This document shows, piece by piece, positions 11,646 through 24,800 of a stretch of DNA of 64,000 bases; the first letter of the stretch is position 1; each line of letters begins with the position of its first letter. Below the pieces are notes generated by a model. The model was not told the origin of the DNA. It ran no database searches and worked only from the letters and a program-made list of their open reading frames with translations. The stretch is from Azolla caroliniana (Eukaryota; Plantae; Polypodiophyta): the NCBI GenBank assembly GCA_043228905.1, contig JBHGNT010000017.1, forward strand, positions 186,001 through 250,000, in the 5' to 3' direction. The position numbers and the translations under genes are program-made.

Positions 11646-14600
11646 TGTTGGGATTACGGTCCCTTCGGATGGGATGGTCGGATATCGGAGATGAATGCCG
11701 ACAAGCCCGGTTTCGGTTTCGGAACCGGATGATGAAGACCCCGGCTTCGGAGCCGGATGACGAATGTACCCGGAGCGAGATCCGGATGCAGGGACATATC
11801 TGTGAATATGTTTGCCAAGGGCCCTTGAGGCTATAGTTGTAAATAGCCCCAAAGTCATATGTGTATAAATATGACTTAGGGCAAACAGTTTTACTGTTGC
11901 TTCTCATTTTTCTGTTTTTCCACTTTAGAGGAGTGAAGAGAGAGCAGCCGTGAGAGAGATAGAGCGTGAGAGAGGAAGAGGTCGACGCCTCTGTGTAATA
12001 CCGCCGCCTGTGGCGAAGAAAGCGAGCTCAAGGTCGTCGCCTTGCAGCTCGCCATTGTATACTTCTCTGTATAGTGTTGGTTTGGAGTCTTGTACTCCCG
12101 TGGTTTTTCCCGTCTAGGGTTTTCCACGTTAATCCCGGTGTACTCGCGTTTTGTTTCTCTTTGTGGTTCCTATTTTCTGCTCCATTGATTCGCGCTTACT
12201 CGGTTGTGGCCGAGTGGTGAAGGTGAATAGAAGGGTCTATTCCTTACAAACTGGTATCAGAGCGACTGTTGCAGAAAATGGAAGGCGGCGGCAGCGGGCA
12301 GCCGGGGATGATGGTGCTGAATGCACAGAATTACGCCGACTGGAAGATCAAGATGGAGGATCTTCTGATTGTTCGGGACCTGTACGAACCGATCGACAGG
12401 TCGGAAATACCGAAGGGGGTACTTGAGTCGGAATGGAGGCTTCTGAACCGGAAAGCCGTTGCAACCATTCGGCAATACGTTGACGTGAGCGTTCTACAAC
12501 ATGTGGCGAACGACACCAACGCATATGAGATGTGGCGGAAGCTGTCGGGCCTCTACGAGAGGAAGAATGCGTTGAACCGGACCTCCCTGATGAGGAAGAT
12601 AGTGAACCTCAAGTACCGGGACGGCGAGAGTATGGTGGAACACGTAAGCACGTTCATGGGATTCGTGAACCAGCTTGCAGCGATCAAGTTCCCGCTGGAG
12701 GACGCAATGCAAGCCATCATTCTGATGTGTACATTGCCGGAAAGCTGGGAGAACTTGGTGGTAACTCTCAGCACCTCCTGCACCGAAGATAACTTGTCCT
12801 TACAAACGGTAAAGACAAGTATTTTGAATGAAGAAGCGCGTCGGAGAGATAAGGAACCGGCCTCCGACCCGAAGATGTTGTTTACCGAATCGGATCGGGG
12901 AAGACAATGGAACCGGAGTCCGCAAAGACGGGAGAAGTCGGGGACCCGGTCGCAGTCAAGAGGAAGGCCCACATGCTTCCACTGTGGGAAGCCGGGGCAC
13001 TTCCGAAAGAATTGTCGGCATTACCGAAAAGACAATGGAACCGACAACACCGATTCGAAGAAGTCACCGGAGAGAAACGGTGCATACCGGGGAGCCACGG
13101 ACCGGAATGGTTCGGATCGGCGAGGACAGGACCGGAAAGGAACGACGGCACTCGCGGCAAGTGAAGAGGAGATCATGCTCATCACCGAAGAAGGTGAACT
13201 AAACATTGCCGGCGATGAGACGACCTGGGTGGTCGGTTCCGGAGCATCGTTCCACCTGACCCCGGAGAGAAGATACTTCTCATCCTACACAGCCGGCGAG
13301 CATGGCTGTGTTCGGATGGGAAACGAAGGTACGTGCCGGATTGCCGGCATAGGAGACGTGTGGTTGACAACCCCGACCGGATGCAAAATGCTGCTGAAGA
13401 ATGTCCGACACGTTCCGGAGGTCCGACTGAACCTGATTTCGGCCGGGAGGCTAGATGATGAAGGCTACACGGGTAGCATCCGGAACGGTGTCATGAAGTT
13501 CAGCAAGGGGAGCTTGATAGTGGCTCGGGCCCGGAAGGTCAACACACTGTACCTGATGAATGCCTGGTTATGTCCGGAAGAGCTGAATGTGGCAGCGGAC
13601 ACTGCCGGTGAGCTGTGGCACAAAAGACTGTGCCACATGAGTGAGAAGGGGATGAAGAGGCTTGCAGAAGACAACCTTATTCCAGTGAAGCACGTGCACC
13701 TGGAGAAGTGCACCGATTGCCTGGCCGGTAAGCAGAACCGAGCCTCCTTCCACTCAAGGCCACCGACGAGACGTAGTGTACCATTGGAGTTGGTACACAC
13801 TGATGTGTGTCAAGTAGAAACGAAGTCACATGGCGGAGCCCAGTACTTCGTGACATTCATTGATGACCACAGCCGGAAGCTGTGGACGGCACCGATGAAG
13901 ACAAAGGACCAAGTGTTGTCCGTCTTCAAAGAACTCCACGCGAGAGTGGAAAGAGAATCCGGCAAGAAGCTGAAAGCGATACGAGCGGATAACGGAGGGG
14001 AATACCGGGGGCAGTTCCAGGAATACTGTCGCTCGAAGGGAATCCGACTCGAGTTTACTGTGCCGAAGACGCCCGAACTGAACGGGCTGGCCGAGAGGAT
14101 GAACCGGACCATAATGGAGAGGGTCCGGAGTATGCTGGCGCATGCGGAATTACCCAAGGGTTTTTGGGCTGAGGCGATGTCGACGGCGACATACGTGATA
14201 AACAGATCACCCTCAGTACCTTTGGGCGGAGACACGCCACAGAGAGTGTGGACCGGTAGGGAAGTATCCTACCGGCATCTGAAGGTGTTCGGGTGTCTCG
14301 CATACGTGCACGTGGCAAAGGACCGGAGAGGAAAGCTAGATCCAAAGACCCGGCCATGCATATTCCTCGGATACGGCGACGACGAGTTCGGCTACCGAGT
14401 ATGGGACCCGGTCGACAAGAAGATATTCAGGAGTCGAGATATCGTCTTTATGGAGGACAAGACACTCGCCGACTGGGAGTCGGAGAAGAAGATGAAGAGC
14501 TCCAAGTCGACCGGTGAGGATAAACTCTACGAGGAGCAGTCCCGACCGGCAAGGGACCGGTTAGCACTCGAGGATCCGGCCGAAGACGGTGAAGAAACCG

Positions 14601-16963
14601 AACCGGCCGAAGAAGACGAAAATGATACCGGAACCGGCCCCAATCCCGAAATGGATTCGGATGAAGAAGAATCGGAAGAACCGGTTACCGAAGCTCCGGA
14701 ACGGAGATATCCTCTAAGAGAGAGAAGGCCCCCCGAAGATTTCCGGAACCAGAGCACGTGCTGCTAACCGACGAGGGGGAGCCGGAGAGCTTTGAAGAAG
14801 CAAAGCATGACACCCAGAGCCGCAGGTGGTTGAGTGCCATGCAGGACGAGATGGATTCCCTGCATGAGAACCACACATATGAACTTGTGGAGTTGCCGAA
14901 AGGAAAGCGAGCACTTCGAAACAAGTGGATGTTCAAGCTGAAACCAGGAGATGCCGGAAACCCCCCGAGATACAAAGCCAGGATCGTGGTGAAGGGGTTT
15001 CAGCAGAAGAAGGGCGTCGACTTCGTCGAGATATTTGCCCCGGTAGTGAAGATGACCTCCATCCGGACGGTGCTGAGCATAGCGGCAAGCATGGACCTCG
15101 AGGTAGAACAGATGGACGTGAAGACGGCATTCCTTCACGGTGACCTCGATGAAGAGATCTACATGCAGCAACCGGAAGGATTCGAGAAGAAAGGGAAGGA
15201 GCACCTGGTATGCCGGTTGAAGAAGAGCCTTTACGGACTGAAGCAGGCCCCCCGGCAATGGTACCGGAAGTTCGACTCCTTCATGACCGACGAAGGGTAC
15301 CTCAAAACGCAGTCCGACCACTGCGTGTTTGTGAAGAAGTTCGAAGGCGGAGACTCTCTAATACTCCTCCTGTACGTGGACGACATGTTGATCGTCGGAC
15401 GAGACCAGGTCAAGATACGGATGCTGAAGAAGGCTCTTCACCGAACCTTCTCAATGAAGGACTTGGGTCCGGCGAGACAAATACTAGGGATGCACATCAT
15501 CCGGGACCGGAGCAAGAAGCAGTTGTGGCTGTCACAAGAGAAGTACGTGACAAAGGTGCTTAAACGGTTCAACATGTCGGAAGCAAGACCGGTCGGATCG
15601 ACCCTCCCGACAAACTGCAAGCTGTCCAGCAAGCAAAGTCCCAAGACAAAGGCTGAAAAGGAGGATATGATGAAAGTGTCGTATGCCTCAGCCGTCGGGA
15701 GCTTGATGTACGCCATGGTGTGTACGAGACCGGACATCGGATATGCAGTCGGAGTGGTGAGCCGGTACATGAGCAATCCCGGCAAAGAGCATTGGAACGC
15801 GGCCAAGTGGATACTCTGATACCTGAAGGGCACGGCAAACGTGTGCCTCCGATTCGGCTCCGGAAAGCCCGAACTCAACGGCTTTACCGATTCGGATATG
15901 TCGGCTGATGCAGATACCAGCCGGTCCACATCAGGGTATGTGATGACGTATGCAGGGGGAGCTGTTTCATGGCAGTCGAGGCTGCAGAAGACGGTTGCGC
16001 TGTCAACCACGGAGGCGGAGTACATGGCGGCTGTTGAAGCCGGCAAGGAAATAATATGGATGAAGGACTTCATTAGAGAGCTCGGTATCCGGCAGGAGGA
16101 GTACCGACTCTACTGCGACAGTCAGAGTGCAATCCACCTTGCAAAGAACGCGGCCTATCACTCCCGGACGAAGCACATCCAGCGAAGATATCACTGGATC
16201 CGGGAAAGGATAGAAGACAAGGAGTTCGTGCTGACGAAGATCCACACGGACGAGAACGGGTCAGATATGCTGACCAAGGTGCTCACACCCGACAAGCTGG
16301 AAGCATGCCGGAAGAGGATCGGATTGGAGAGACATCCCATGCCGAAGTGAAGGGGGAGTTTGTTGGCATTACGGTCCCTTCGGATGGGATGGTCGGATAT
16401 CGGAGATGAATGCCGACAAGCCCGGTTTCGGTTTTGGAACCGGATGATGAAGACCCCGGCTTCGGAGCCGGATGACGAATGTACCCGGAGCGAGATCCGG
16501 ATGCAGGGACATATCTGTGAATATGTTTGCCAAGGGCCCTTGAGGCTATAGTTGTAAATAGCCCCAAAGTCATATGTGTATAAATATGACTTAGGGCAAA
16601 CAGTTTTACTGTTGCTTCTCATTTTTCTGTTTTTCCACTTTAGAGGAGTGAAGAGAGAGCAGCCGTGAGAGAGATAGAGCGTGAGAGAGGAAGAGGTCGA
16701 CGCCTCTGTGTAATACCGCCGCCTGTGGCGAAGAAAGCGAGCTCAAGGTCGTCGCCTTGCAGCTCGCCATTGTATACTTCTCTGTATAGTGTTGGTTTGG
16801 AGTCTTGTACTCCCGTGGTTTTTCCCGTCTAGGGTTTTCCACGTTAATCCCGGTGTACTCGCGTTTTGTTTCTCTTTGTGGTTCCTATTTTCTGCTCCAT
16901 TGATTCGCGCTTACTCGGTTGTGGCCGAGTGGTGAAGGTGAATAGAAGGGTCTATTCCTTACA
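11646..16963 (+). mobile_element. Copia A2 (Tork/Tnt1-like), full length, very young
   Basis: 603-bp LTRs at 11646-12248 and 16361-16963 with only 2 differences seen, TSD CTTCA, PBS TGGTATCAGAGC at 12252-12263, PPT AAGGGGGAG. Confidence 0.97.
12278..16350 (+). pseudogene. A2 gag-pol polyprotein with three lesions
   Basis: Protease catalytic DSG reads GSG, 1-bp deletion at ~14727 relative to A1, and an in-frame TGA at 15817-15819. Gag, IN, RT (YVDD) and RNaseH are otherwise complete. Confidence 0.92.
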
Positions 16964-19254
16964 CTTCATCATGACTGCATAATGATATGCCACATTGTAG
17001 TCGTTGTAGCCGAATCGGTTGACTACGTTCTTCTCTTAGGTGGAGCAACGTGGTTCTCCTTGTGTCCTCATGATGGGCACATCCAGTCCACCATACTCAT
17101 TGTCGAGTGAGTGAATCGATTCATTTCCATCTGGGTCCTCGTACTTAGGTATTTTGTCCTTACCTTTGGTGTCAGTCTTCGTACTTGGCCCCGATGTGCT
17201 TTGGTCGTGTGGAGGCTCTTGTGGTCCACTCAACTTGGTTAAGATTGGACTTACCTCTTATGTGAGCCTTAGTCAATCGTCCTCCTCCGAATATGTGTTG
17301 AACTCGGTTTCGATTAGGTTGGATGGAGCTAAGTCGACCGTGTACCAGGATGCCGACTCATCGAAGACATCCCTACTTACTCGTACCTTCTTGGTAGAGG
17401 GGTTGAAGCACTTATATCCTTTTTTCTCGAGTGAGTACCCCACGAGGATACATTTTTTTGACTTAGGATTGAGCTTCTGCCATTTCTCATCGGGAATATG
17501 TACATATGCTATTGAACCGAATATCCTGACGTGGGATAGATCTGGTTTCTTCCCATAGAACCTCTCATGAAGGGTAACATCGTGCACTCCTGATTTTGTG
17601 TAATGATTCATCAGATAGACGGCTGTATTCGCCGCTTCAATCCAATATGACTTTGGCAGATGTTTCTCGTTCATCATTGCCCTTGCCACCTCGAGTATGT
17701 GCCGGTTCTTGCATTCGGCTACTCCGTTCTACTGAGGTGTGTGTCGTCAAATAAACTCTCGTCAGATTCCTTCTTGTCGAAGGTATGTTGTAAAGGCGTC
17801 ACAGAAGTACTCTTTGCCGCCATCCGATCGAAGGCATTGTACATGACGATTGGTTACCTTTTCGACTTCATTCTTGAATTTCTGAAAATGTGAGAACACT
17901 TCACTCTTTTGGCGCATGGGATAGATCTAGATATGTCTAGAGAAATCATCAATGAACGTTACGTAGTACTTACAACAACCGAATGTTGTCATCTGGGCTG
18001 GTCCCCATACATCTGAATGTATTACATTCGGGATCTCGTTGCTTATGTTCCTTTCCTTTGGGAATAGTTCTCGTCAACCAAGACCAGGTTCTTCATTATT
18101 GTTGGAACATGAAAGACGTTCTTGATGTAGGTTTGGTTGCCTTCTTCCCCAAACGGGACATTGCCGACATGTTGAATAGGGTGAATTGTGTCATCCTCAG
18201 TTTCCACATAGTGGGGTCGTTCAGGCTTTCATAGATCTCGAAACCAAGCCTCATGTGACGTCATGTGGTTGGATGCGCCCGAGTTGACAAACCATACATC
18301 TTCTGAGTTAGAGGTGTTGGTCAGGTTGGAGGTTGTCATAGAGTTCGCTCTATGCCTCATCACAAACATTCCGCTATGATCAACGTAGTTAGAGTTTGAG
18401 GCATAGTTGGTGAGTTGTCAACTTGTGGAGGCCAACTCACTCTTCTTTTTGCGACACTCTACCTCATAGTGGGCATGCTTTCCATAGTATCCACACTGGG
18501 TGGAGTTATTCTATCAACTCGGTCCAGCATGATAGCTCCCCCTTCTACCTGACGCTCAGCCTCGTGCATTCGCAGCGTCTTGTCGGTAGTTGAAGTTTTG
18601 TTCCCGAGTTTGCCTTTGGTTGTACCGACCTTGGCCTAGTTGACCTCTTCTTCCATGGTCTTGTCATCTTCCTTCGTCCGAGTTTGTGTAAAGCATCTGT
18701 CCGTTAGATCCGGTGTCTCTCATTCTAACGTGGTTTTCTTCCACCAATAACATCGATTGGAGATCAAAGGAGGGAGACTTCTCCCTTGCAAGGACGGCTG
18801 ACCAAATGGCGTTGAAATGTGGTGCTAAGCCACTGAAGCATATCTGTACCATTTCGTCATTGTCAATATTGACATTGCTCGACCCGAGGGAGTCACACAG
18901 TTCCTTGATTTTCAAGGTGTAGCTGCCGATGGACATATCCCTCTATTGAATATTGTTCAACTCTTGGCGAAGCTGAAGCATTCGTGCGGTTTTGTTTGCC
19001 ACAAATATCTTCTTGAGGTTCCCCCACGCCTCTTTTGGCATTTTGGCCTCTCTAATGTAGTTGAGCATGTGATCATGGATACATGATTCAAGGTAGTACA
19101 ACACCCAACTCGCTGCTTGCTCCCAAGTTGGATGGTCGGCATGTGTTGGGTTGGGTGGATTTTCGTTTGCTCCTTCAACATAACTCCGATAGTCTTGCCC
19201 GACAAGGTATCGGTGCATCTTGTACTCCCAATATGCGAAATTGTTTCTGTCGAG

Positions 19255-19438
19255 TTTCTCTGTAGGAAGAGTGCTTCCCATCTGAGTGTTCATGTCGAAC
19301 TTCTTCTTCTCTTATTCAAACTATGCATGTCGTTGCTACGACTGATTTTCTCTGTAGGAAGAGTGCTTCCCATTTGAGTATTCATGTCGAACTTCTTCTT
19401 CTCTTATTCAAACTATGCAAGTTGTTGCTACAATGATG
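19255..19438. repeat. 92-bp tandem duplication covering the leader and gag start of B
   Basis: TTTCTCTGTAGGAAGAGTGCTTCCCAT... occurs at 19255 and 19347. Confidence 0.85.
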
Positions 19439-19523
19439 AGTCGGTTCTCTATTAACATGGGATTAGACACAACACACGCGAAGGCAATGGGCTTGGATCA
19501 AGTTGCCAATCGTTCTGATACCA

Positions 19524-19564
19524 TGTATAGAATCGGTGATGATTCTGCGCAACGGAAGAGATGT

Positions 19565-19606
<42 letters not shown>

Positions 19607-19782
19607 CAACACAAGCAAGAATGAGCCAACATTTACAAAGAGAAAGAGAATGTGCTTATGTAGTCACCTTCTCTCTAAGTTCTCTCACTCAAACTGCCCC
19701 TTGAGAAAGGGGTCGAGCCTTAATTACTTAAAGAATATGTGTCATAGGATATTAACGTTTATGACACACTAGTTACTATACA
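19524..19782 (-). repeat. 5' LTR of B (outer end uncertain), containing (GT)n(GA)n
   Basis: Starts directly after PBS GTTCTGATACCA. Homology to the 3481-3535 remnant ends near 19775. Confidence 0.65.
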
Positions 19783-19857
19783 TGGAGGTGGGGTGTTCAC
19801 ACACTTGAGTTTCTTAGAGTGTGTTCCCACACACGGGAAGTTAAGTTTGATTCTCAA

Positions 19858-20077
19858 CAAGGCCAAACCGGTTTAGGGATCGATTCGGTTTGGTTCAGTT
19901 CAGGTTTGAGAACCCCAAAACGGTTTAGGCTTAATCGGTTTGGCTTGGATAAGGCCAAACTAGTTAAGCCTAAACCGAACTGTTGTCGATTCCTACCCCC
20001 AAACCAAACCATTTAAACCGTTAAGCTATTAAGCCACGGTTTCACGGTTCGGTTCGGTTCAAACTAAACCATTGCAG
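19858..20077. mobile_element. Truncated MITE-like fragment rich in AAACCG/CGGTTT motifs
   Basis: Same subterminal motif style as the hAT MITE at 43211-44101. No paired TIR or TSD found. Confidence 0.4.
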
Positions 20078-20789
20078 ATTGCTTGGGATCATGGACAGTT
20101 CCAAGAGGCCCTGCCTCAAAGTTTTGTATATTTTGTAGGGAACAAGGGACTCCACACATTGGAGACAAGACAACCATTGGAGATGACATTACGACAAGGA
20201 GGAATAAAGAGGCTTATGGAGGACACGAAGAGGAGAAATGTCCAAGTCATCCATTACTCAGCATCGATAAAAAATTTAAGTGGAGAAAGAGAAATGGGGC
20301 AAGGGCAATAAAGAGGCATCTACCATTGGGAATCTTATAAAAGGGAAGCTCTGAAAGGACAAAGAGGAAGAGACCAAGGAGATGGACCAAGAGGTGACCG
20401 AGTGAATGCGAAGTCCATGTGGAGGAGAATATTGGCTTAGTAGAAACCGTCCACCAAAACTATGAGATTCTAGTTGAAGAGAAGAAGATGAGAAGAAACA
20501 CGACACCTGAAACGCTCAAAGACGAGAAGAGCTATGTTGGAATCTTAATTAACTTAAGAAAAATTCCAGAGGAAAATAAGGAAGAAAGGGTGCTAATGCA
20601 CCCAACCCCCTAGCGAAGGTGAGTGACGAATCCAAGTTCCCCACCAATGTCCATACCACCATGTACGAACAATCGTACCTTGGGTTTGAAAGAGTCACAC
20701 ATGTATGAAGCTAGAGCTTTTCAACACTATCAGAGTCTTGTGAAAACGAAGGTGTGGAAGCTTTAGACAACCGGCTTAGTCAGATAACA

Positions 20790-20827
<38 letters not shown>

Positions 20828-21887
20828 ATACGCAGGAGAGACAGAGAAAGAGCAAAACAACTTAAATCTATTATCAAAAAACAATAATATTTCTCTATAA
20901 AATTCTTTGTATATACAACATGCTTAACAACACTATTTATACAAGTCCTAAGAGGACTAACAAAAGTACAATGTACTTCAATGCTCACACGAGCGTCTGA
21001 CACTAACTACGAGACATTAACTACCTAGTAGTCTCGGTTGCTACTAGGTTTCTGGTTACTGCTTGATCCGGCTAACCGGCTCCCCAGCTTAACGGCTCAC
21101 GGATCCGGCTCATCCTTCTGGATGCCGATCCGGCTCAGGCTTATTCAGCCAATCCGGATCCGGTTGAGCTTGCCGCTCAACACTCCCCCTCAAGCTCAAC
21201 TTAGAGGCCGGATCATAGTGTTAGTCTCCATGGCAGTCGGTCCTTCCACCCGACTCCTTCTAGCGTCACTCCGCCTCACTCGCGCTCCTCGTCCGGTCCG
21301 GTCCCATTTGCCATGACCCTTCTGATACTATGCACCTCGACCTCCTTGGTCCGCTTGTCTGCTCAACAGGCCCAATTCAGCTCCCTCGCTTATATGACTT
21401 CAGCGCTTGCCGATTCGCCGATTCCTTCGTGTTGGTGTCGACTTTCGCTGCCTTCTCATCCTCTTGGCCTTGAATTGATCCGGTTCTTCTGAATCCGTCT
21501 GTTGAACCGAATCGGTTGTCTTTGATTCATTCCAGCTCTTGTTTGAATCGGTCGCTCCCAATTCGTCTTCCAGTTCCAGGCCCTTCACCACATCGGGCCA
21601 TGTCCAGGTCTTGGCCTTCTTCTTCCGGTCGGCTCTGTCCTTCTTGACTCTGCCGCCGGTTCCGACTTGTTCGGATGTGTCAACTTCTTTTGTCGACTCA
21701 GCTCCTTTCTTCTTCTTGTCTCTCCCTTTGTCGGTTCTTCCCTTATCAGCACAATCGGCAGTTTCTTAGCCCTTGCCCGTTCTGGTGTCTTTGCTCATTC
21801 TCCCCCTCAAGTGTGGCACATCGAGATGCTTAACACCAAGCATTTCGGTGAAGTGTTGCAACTTGTCCGATCCGAGCAGTTTGGTGA

Positions 21888-24800
21888 TGTTGGGAGACAG
21901 GTCCCTCCAGATGGGAAGGGAGAAGAACAGTGCCGATGAACAAACTCGGCCGAGGCCGAAACCGGATGAGGAGGACCCGGCTACGGAGAGCCGGATGATG
22001 CAGACCCGGTGAAGACCGGATGAGGAGTACCCGGCTACGGAGAGCCGGATGGTGCAGACCCGGTGAAGACCGGATGAGGAGTACCCGGCTACGGAGAGCC
22101 GGATGGCGCACACCCGGTGAAGACCGGATGAGGAGTACCCAGCTACGGAGAGCCGGATGATGCAGACCCGGTGAAGACCGAATGAGGAGTACCCGGCTAC
22201 GGAGAGCCGGATGGCGCAGACCCGGTATGGACCGGATGAGGAGTACCCGGCTACGGAGAGCCGAATGATGCAAACCCGGTGAGGAATGCTCTCCAGATGA
22301 AGAGACATATTCGTAAATATGTTTCTGAAGAGCCCACCGTGGCTATATTTGTAAATAGCCGAAAAGTCATATTAGTATAAATATGACTTAGGGCAATCTT
22401 TTAGTTGTTGTTGTCATTCTCGTTGTGTACAGAGAGAGAGTGAGAGAAAGAGATCGTTACCTCTGTTGTAACCGTCGCCTGTGGCGAAGATCGCGAGTAC
22501 GAGGTCGTTGCCTCCGTGAACTCACTGTTGTACATACTAACCTAGTGATAGTTTGCAGCCTGTGGGCTGCCGTGGTTTTTCCCCTAGTTTGGGGTTTTCC
22601 ACGTAAACATCTCGCGCACTCTTCCCTTCTTCTTGTCGTGTTTTATTTCCCATTTTTCTGTGTATCATTCTAAGCTCGGTTGTGGCCGAGCTTAGTGCAT
22701 TAGGAACGATCAGTTCCCTACAAGTGGTATCAGAGCGAAATCGACACAGAAAATGGACAAATCGTTTGGCGGCATGTTCAAGCTCACCGGCTCCAACTAT
22801 TTAGTGTGGAAGTCGAAGATGAGGGACATGCTCGTGGTTAAAGACCTCTGGCTGCCGGTTCAGTTCGGGGACAAGAGACCGGACAAAATCGACGCCGCGA
22901 TATGGGAGGTGATGCACATGAAGACAACGGCGTACATACGGTGCTTCATCGACATGAGCCTGTACAACAACTTCAATGAAGAGAGCAAGGCTCATGAGCT
23001 CTGGGAGAAGATCGGCGTAATGTTTCAGAACAAAAATGTTCTTAATCAGGTTTCGGTATTCCGGAAGCTTGTAAGACTTCGGTACCAAGATGGCTCTAGC
23101 ATGGCGGAGCATATGAATGCCTTCCAGGGGCTGATACACCAGGCAACGTCATTGGAAGTACCTCTCGCGGATGAGGTACTAGCGTTGCTCCTACTAGGTT
23201 CCCTCCTGGATAGCTGGGAGACGTTGGTTGTCACATTGGGTAACGCCGGGCCGGAAGGAAAGCGGTTATCCCTAGCAAGAGTAAAGTCGAGCTTGCTAGA
23301 TGAGGAGGCGCGTCGGAAAGATAAGGATACGAGCTCCGACTCCAAAGCGCTCCTTACCGAATCGGAACGCGGAAGACATACAAACCGTAGTCCCCAGAAC
23401 CGGGAGAAGTCGGGGACACGGTCAAAGTCAAGGGGGACGCCTACTTGCTTCTATTGCGGCAAGCCGGGACACTTCCAAAAGAACTGTCGGCATTTCCGAA
23501 AAGATAAGGAGACCGACGGTACCGATTCGAAGCGGACCCCGGACCGGAACAGTAAAGACCGGAGGGGGCCGGACCAGAAGGGAACGACGGCAATCGTGGC
23601 AAGTGAAGAAGAGTTTATGCTCATCACCGAGGAGAGTGAGATAAACCTTGCCGGCGACGAGATGACCTGGGTGGTAGACTCTGGAGCGTCGTTCCACCTT
23701 ACCCCGGACCGGAAATGCTTCTCATCCTACTCAGCCGGTAATCACAACTGTGTCCGGATGGGGAATGAAGGGACATGCCGAATTGTCGGCATAGGAGACG
23801 TGTGGCTGTTGACACCTACCGGATGCAAGTTGCTGTTGAAGGATGTACGACACGTTCCGGAGGTTCGTCTGAACCTGATATCAGCCGGTCGGCTAGATGA
23901 TGAAGGCTACATGGGTAGCATCCGGAACGGTGTCATGAAGTTCAGCAAAGGGAGCCTGATTGTGGCTCGGGCCCGGAAGGTAAACACGCTATACCTGATG
24001 AATGCCCGGTTATGTCCGGAAGAAGTGAACGTGGCATCCGACACTGCCGGTGAGCTGTGGCACAAGAGGCTGTGTCATATGAGCGAGAAGGGGATGAAGA
24101 GGCTTGCAGACGACAACCTCATTCCAGTGAAGAACGTGCACTTAGAGAAGTGTACTGATTGTCTGGCCGGTAAGCAGAACCGGACCTCCTTCCGACCAAG
24201 GCCACCGATGAGACGTAATGCACCACTGGAGTTGGTGCATACGGATGCGTGTCAAGTAGACACGAAGTCACATGCCGGAGCACAGTACTTCGTGACGTTC
24301 ATAGATTACCACAGCCGAAAGCTGTGGGCCACACCATTGAAGACGAAGGATCAGGTGTTATCCATCTTCAAAGAGCTCCACGCAAGAGTGGAAAGAGAAA
24401 CCGGTCGGAAGCTGAAGGCGGTTCAAGCAGATAACGGAGGAGAATACCGGGGGCAGTTCGAGGAGTACTGCCGCTCGAAGGGAATCCAGCTTGAATTTAC
24501 CGTGCCGAAGACGCCGGAACTAAACGGACTGGCCGAGAGGATGAACCGGACCATAATGGAGAGGGTCCGGAGTATGCTAGCGCATGCAAAACTACCCAAG
24601 AAGTTTTGGGCTGAGGCATTGTCGATGGCGACATACGTGATAAACAGATCACCCTCAGTACCCTTGGACAGAGACACGCCACAAAGAGTGTGGACCGGTA
24701 AGGACGTGTCCTACCGGCATCTGAAGGTGTTCGGGTGTCTCGTGTACGTGCATGTAGCAAAGGACCGGAGAGGAAAGTTAGATCCAAAGACCCGGCCATG

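Larger units (their letters stand above)
3481..19782 (-). mobile_element. Old degenerate Copia element B, host of four nested insertions
   Basis: Host pieces 3481-3982, 4819-5803, 11479-11645 and 16964-19782 rejoin into RNaseH-RT-IN-PR-gag on minus (e.g. [42 protein letters not shown]). PBS at 19512-19523. LTR sequence is shared between 3481-3535 and ~19721-19775. Many stops and frameshifts. Confidence 0.88.

Noticed and set aside
20080-20733. Possible further LTR element remnant on minus (gag-like trace, TGGTGGGGAAC PBS-like site, LTR continuing after 41863)
   Set aside because: Too decayed; no partner LTR or TSD could be established.
21766-22308. 18-aa repeat proteins (also 2977-3492, 26607-27038, 34376-34753)
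   Set aside because: By-products of LTR U3 tandem arrays.
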